Assembly (NCBI GenBank): GCA_963805945.1
Contig: CAWDVP010000002.1
Location: 544,001 to 608,000, forward strand
DNA length: 64,000 nt
Source of the DNA: Vulcanimicrobiota bacterium
Lineage (GTDB): Bacteria; Vulcanimicrobiota; Vulcanimicrobiia; Eremiobacterales; Eremiobacteraceae
Reading direction: 5' to 3'
This document shows, one piece after another, positions 61,693 through 64,000 of the stretch. The notes below the pieces were generated by a model. The model was not told the origin of the DNA and did not search any database. It saw nothing but the letters and a program-made list of their open reading frames with translations. A program made the position numbers and the translations under genes. Numbering within the stretch: position 1 is the first letter of the stretch; every line of letters starts with the position of its first letter.

Positions 61693-62004
61693 CTAGCTCG
61701 TGAAGATGATCTTGTCGCAGTAGCGAACGCCGAGCTGCTGGTGGTAGACGATCTTCACGTGTCTGCCCGGCTTGACGGACTGCATCTGATATGTCGTCTT
61801 GCCGTCATCTGAAAAGACCTGGTCGAACGACGGCGCGAGCAGGAAGCTAAGCTCCTTGCCGTTGCTGTTCTTCACCTTGATGTTGCTCGTCGAGACGTGC
61901 GTCACGGTGCCGTAATATGTGTCGGCGAGCGCCGGCGACGCGCTCGTGGCGATAACCGCTCCGGTGATGGCCAAGGCGATGCCGAGAACTGCGAATGCGC
62001 GCAT
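61693..62004 (-). CDS. Small secreted OB-fold-like hypothetical protein
   Basis: SD AAGGAG, signal peptide ending PALA, beta-rich mature part. Confidence 0.65.
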   Translation of the reverse strand: MRAFAVLGIALAITGAVIATSASPALADTYYGTVTHVSTSNIKVKNSNGKELSFLLAPSFDQVFSDDGKTTYQMQSVKPGRHVKIVYHQQLGVRYCDKIIFTS

Positions 62005-62017
62005 GGGGCTGCTCCTT

Positions 62018-62712
62018 CTAGCGAAGGCCGCCGATGTGCTTGGGCGGCCAGAACACAAAGAACGCGTGGCCGACGAAGTGGTCGCGCCGCAGGAATCCCC
62101 ACAGGTGTCCGTCGTCTGAATCGTTGCGGTTGTCTCCTAACATAAGATAGTACCCATTGGGAACCCTGTCCGGCGCCTGCCAGGCCGATTGGGAGGGACC
62201 TGCGCGCGATGCGGGTCGAGCGGGATGCCGTCCACCCAGATCGTAGTCCTTGATCTCAAGCTCGTAATCGGGGCGCTGCGCCCTTCGGGCATGATACGGC
62301 TCGACGAGCTTTGCCGTTGCGATACACGTCGCCATTGTGGATGCGGATATTGTCGCCGGGCTGCAGCCATGATGCGCTTGATGAAGTCGGTCGTGCCGAG
62401 CTGCGGCGGCGGCTCGAAAACGGCGATCTGGCCGTCCTGCGGTGCTGAGACCCGATACTGGATCTCGTTGGCCAGCAGCACGTCGTGGATGTTGAGCGTC
62501 GGCAGCATCGACCCCGACGGGATCCAGAACGTGCGCACGACGAACTGCATGAGCAAGAGCGCCACGATGCCCGCGATGAGGAACGCGTCGAGGTACTCGC
62601 TTGGCGACGTTGCGCTGCTTCTCGTTCGGCGATGACGGCGGGCCAGAGCCCAGAATGACCGCGCGGGCAACGGCAGAATGCCCATGATGGTGCCGAGGAT
62701 GACTGGACTCAT
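62018..62712 (-). CDS. lepB: Signal peptidase I (frameshifted, probably sequencing errors)
   Basis: [33 protein letters not shown] in different frames. Confidence 0.85.
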
Positions 62713-62723
62713 CCGAGCCGTGA

Positions 62724-63070
62724 CTATTTCTTTTCTTTGATGCGGGTGGCTTTGCTGCCGACGCGATCCTGGAGATAGAAGAGCTTCGCGCGCCGCACGA
62801 GGCCGCGGCGCAGCACTTCGATCTTCTCGACGCTTCGGCGAATGGATGAGGAACGAGCGCTCGACGCCCACGCCATGCGCGATGCGGCGGACCGTGAAGG
62901 TGGCTTGGCCAGCCGCCGTGCTTGCGCTCGGTGATGACGCCCTCGAAGACCTGGATGCGTTCTTTGTTGCCTTCGGTGACGCGCGAGTGCACCTTCACCG
63001 TGTCGCCGGACGCGAAATCGACGCTGCGTTTCTTGGCGTGGCCGTCGCCGACCAGGCTGGCGAGATTCAT
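62724..63070 (-). CDS. rplS: 50S ribosomal protein L19 (frameshifted, probably sequencing errors)
   Basis: [45 protein letters not shown]. Confidence 0.92.
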
Positions 63071-63096
63071 GATGATGTGTCCTCTACAGGGCCGCG

Positions 63097-63134
63097 AAAA
63101 AGGCGTCGGCCTACATTCTTTGAGGCCCGACGCC
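63097..63134 (-). terminator. Terminator-like hairpin in the rplS 5' leader
   Basis: GGCGTCGGGCCT...AGGCCGACGCC followed by TTTTT, between the promoter and the SD. Confidence 0.6.
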
Positions 63135-63171
63135 GCAGCCGATCACAAAAGCCTAAATGCGAACGGAAACC

Positions 63172-63201
63172 AGTATAACACAAGGCCGCGGCGGGCTTCA
63201 A
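63172..63201 (-). promoter_or_regulatory. Sigma70-type promoter of rplS
   Basis: TTGAAG-18 nt-TATACT with TG extension. Confidence 0.65.
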
Positions 63202-63265
63202 GCCTCGGACTGCGAGGTGCAGCAGGAGCGTCCTTGCGTCCGCCTCGTGGGACGAAATCGACCGG

Positions 63266-63844
63266 TCACGGCAGCAAAGGCTGTACGGGGCGCGCGTTCA
63301 TCGGAAACACCTGTCGGAATCGTGCGATCTGTTCCGCCGACACGCTGACCGGTTCGCGCAACACGAGCCAGCGCACGTCGTCCGTGTAGGGCGGCATCGT
63401 CCGCGACCCGACATACTCGAAGTACACCATAGACACGGGCAGCAGGCCGCGCAGGTCGACGCTGACGCCGGGGATGGTGGCCTCTGCCGTGATGCCAGGG
63501 GGAAGCGCAGCCCAGATCGGCTCGAGCGCTTCGTTTGCCCCACCGGGTTCGAAGAACACCCCGAGCACCGCGAGCTCGCCCGCCGCGTCCTGGTGCACGA
63601 TGTGCAGCTCCAGCGGGTACGCGCGCCCGCCGATCGTATGCTCGGCCGGCGTGTGGAAGTGGAATTGGACGACCTCGTACGCGCGGCCGTTGATCGTCAT
63701 CCGGCTGCCCGGCGCGTGGTTGACCTGCACGGTGAGCCCGTCGTTGAGGATGCGCAAGGGCGTCGGCTGATACGCGAGCGCAAGGTCGCCGAGCTTCGCC
63801 TGGATCGGGTGGACGATGTCGATCGGGGATTGCTGCTTTTCCAG
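63266..63844 (-). CDS. Alpha-class carbonic anhydrase, no signal peptide (start uncertain, CTG proposed)
   Basis: [36 protein letters not shown]. Confidence 0.88.
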   Translation of the reverse strand: MEKQQSPIDIVHPIQAKLGDLALAYQPTPLRILNDGLTVQVNHAPGSRMTINGRAYEVVQFHFHTPAEHTIGGRAYPLELHIVHQDAAGELAVLGVFFEPGGANEALEPIWAALPPGITAEATIPGVSVDLRGLLPVSMVYFEYVGSRTMPPYTDDVRWLVLREPVSVSAEQIARFRQVFPMNARPVQPLLP

Positions 63845-63855
63845 TGCCTGCGTCC

Positions 63856-64000
63856 TCAGTCGCTCTTCGTCTTCGGTGCGGTGTGCCGAGGTCGGGTCGC
63901 CGCGTCTCAGTGCGCGCGCGCGCCTGCTCGAGCCGCCACGCGTCGATCTTCGCATGATCGCCGGAGAGCAGCACTTCTGGCACGGCCTTGTCGCGGAAGA
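63856..64000 (-). CDS. trmD: tRNA (guanine37-N1)-methyltransferase, 3' end (partial; end uncertain)
   Basis: [17 protein letters not shown]...RT..RRPDL; typical position upstream of rplS. Confidence 0.85.

Overview
A 64-kb high-GC bacterial window that is mostly housekeeping genes. It holds infC-rpmI-rplT-trmH, gltX, glmU, argS, rlmH, dprA, nrdR, dut, panE, lysA, yifB/comM, yraN, rnhB, rbgA, two lepB, rplS and the 3' end of trmD. Between them lie ABC transporters, two diguanylate cyclases and lineage-type hypothetical proteins. The gene content suggests a Terrabacteria soil organism, possibly Eremiobacterota/Vulcanimicrobiota (inference only). Frameshifts cluster at about 3.5-7.9 kb and 62-64 kb and break essential genes, so they are probably long-read indel errors. 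Highlights not visible in the ORF track: (1) a DsrE-family selenoprotein with an in-frame UGA in a UxxC motif and a SECIS-like hairpin; (2) two REP-like palindrome families, four copies each, several overlapping start or stop codons; (3) a catalytically dead RAYT/Y1-transposase-like domain just downstream of a REP and in frame with a Tag-like glycosylase carrying a four-Cys Fe-S motif, followed by an HTH/RelE-like pair; (4) unannotated small ORFs (YqzL-like, a 35-aa partner of an SQR-like enzyme, a leader-peptide attenuator); (5) an isobutyryl-CoA mutase, a CarF/TMEM189-like desaturase, a signal-less alpha-carbonic anhydrase and probable AUU/CUG starts. No rRNA, tRNA, CRISPR array or intact IS or prophage was seen.
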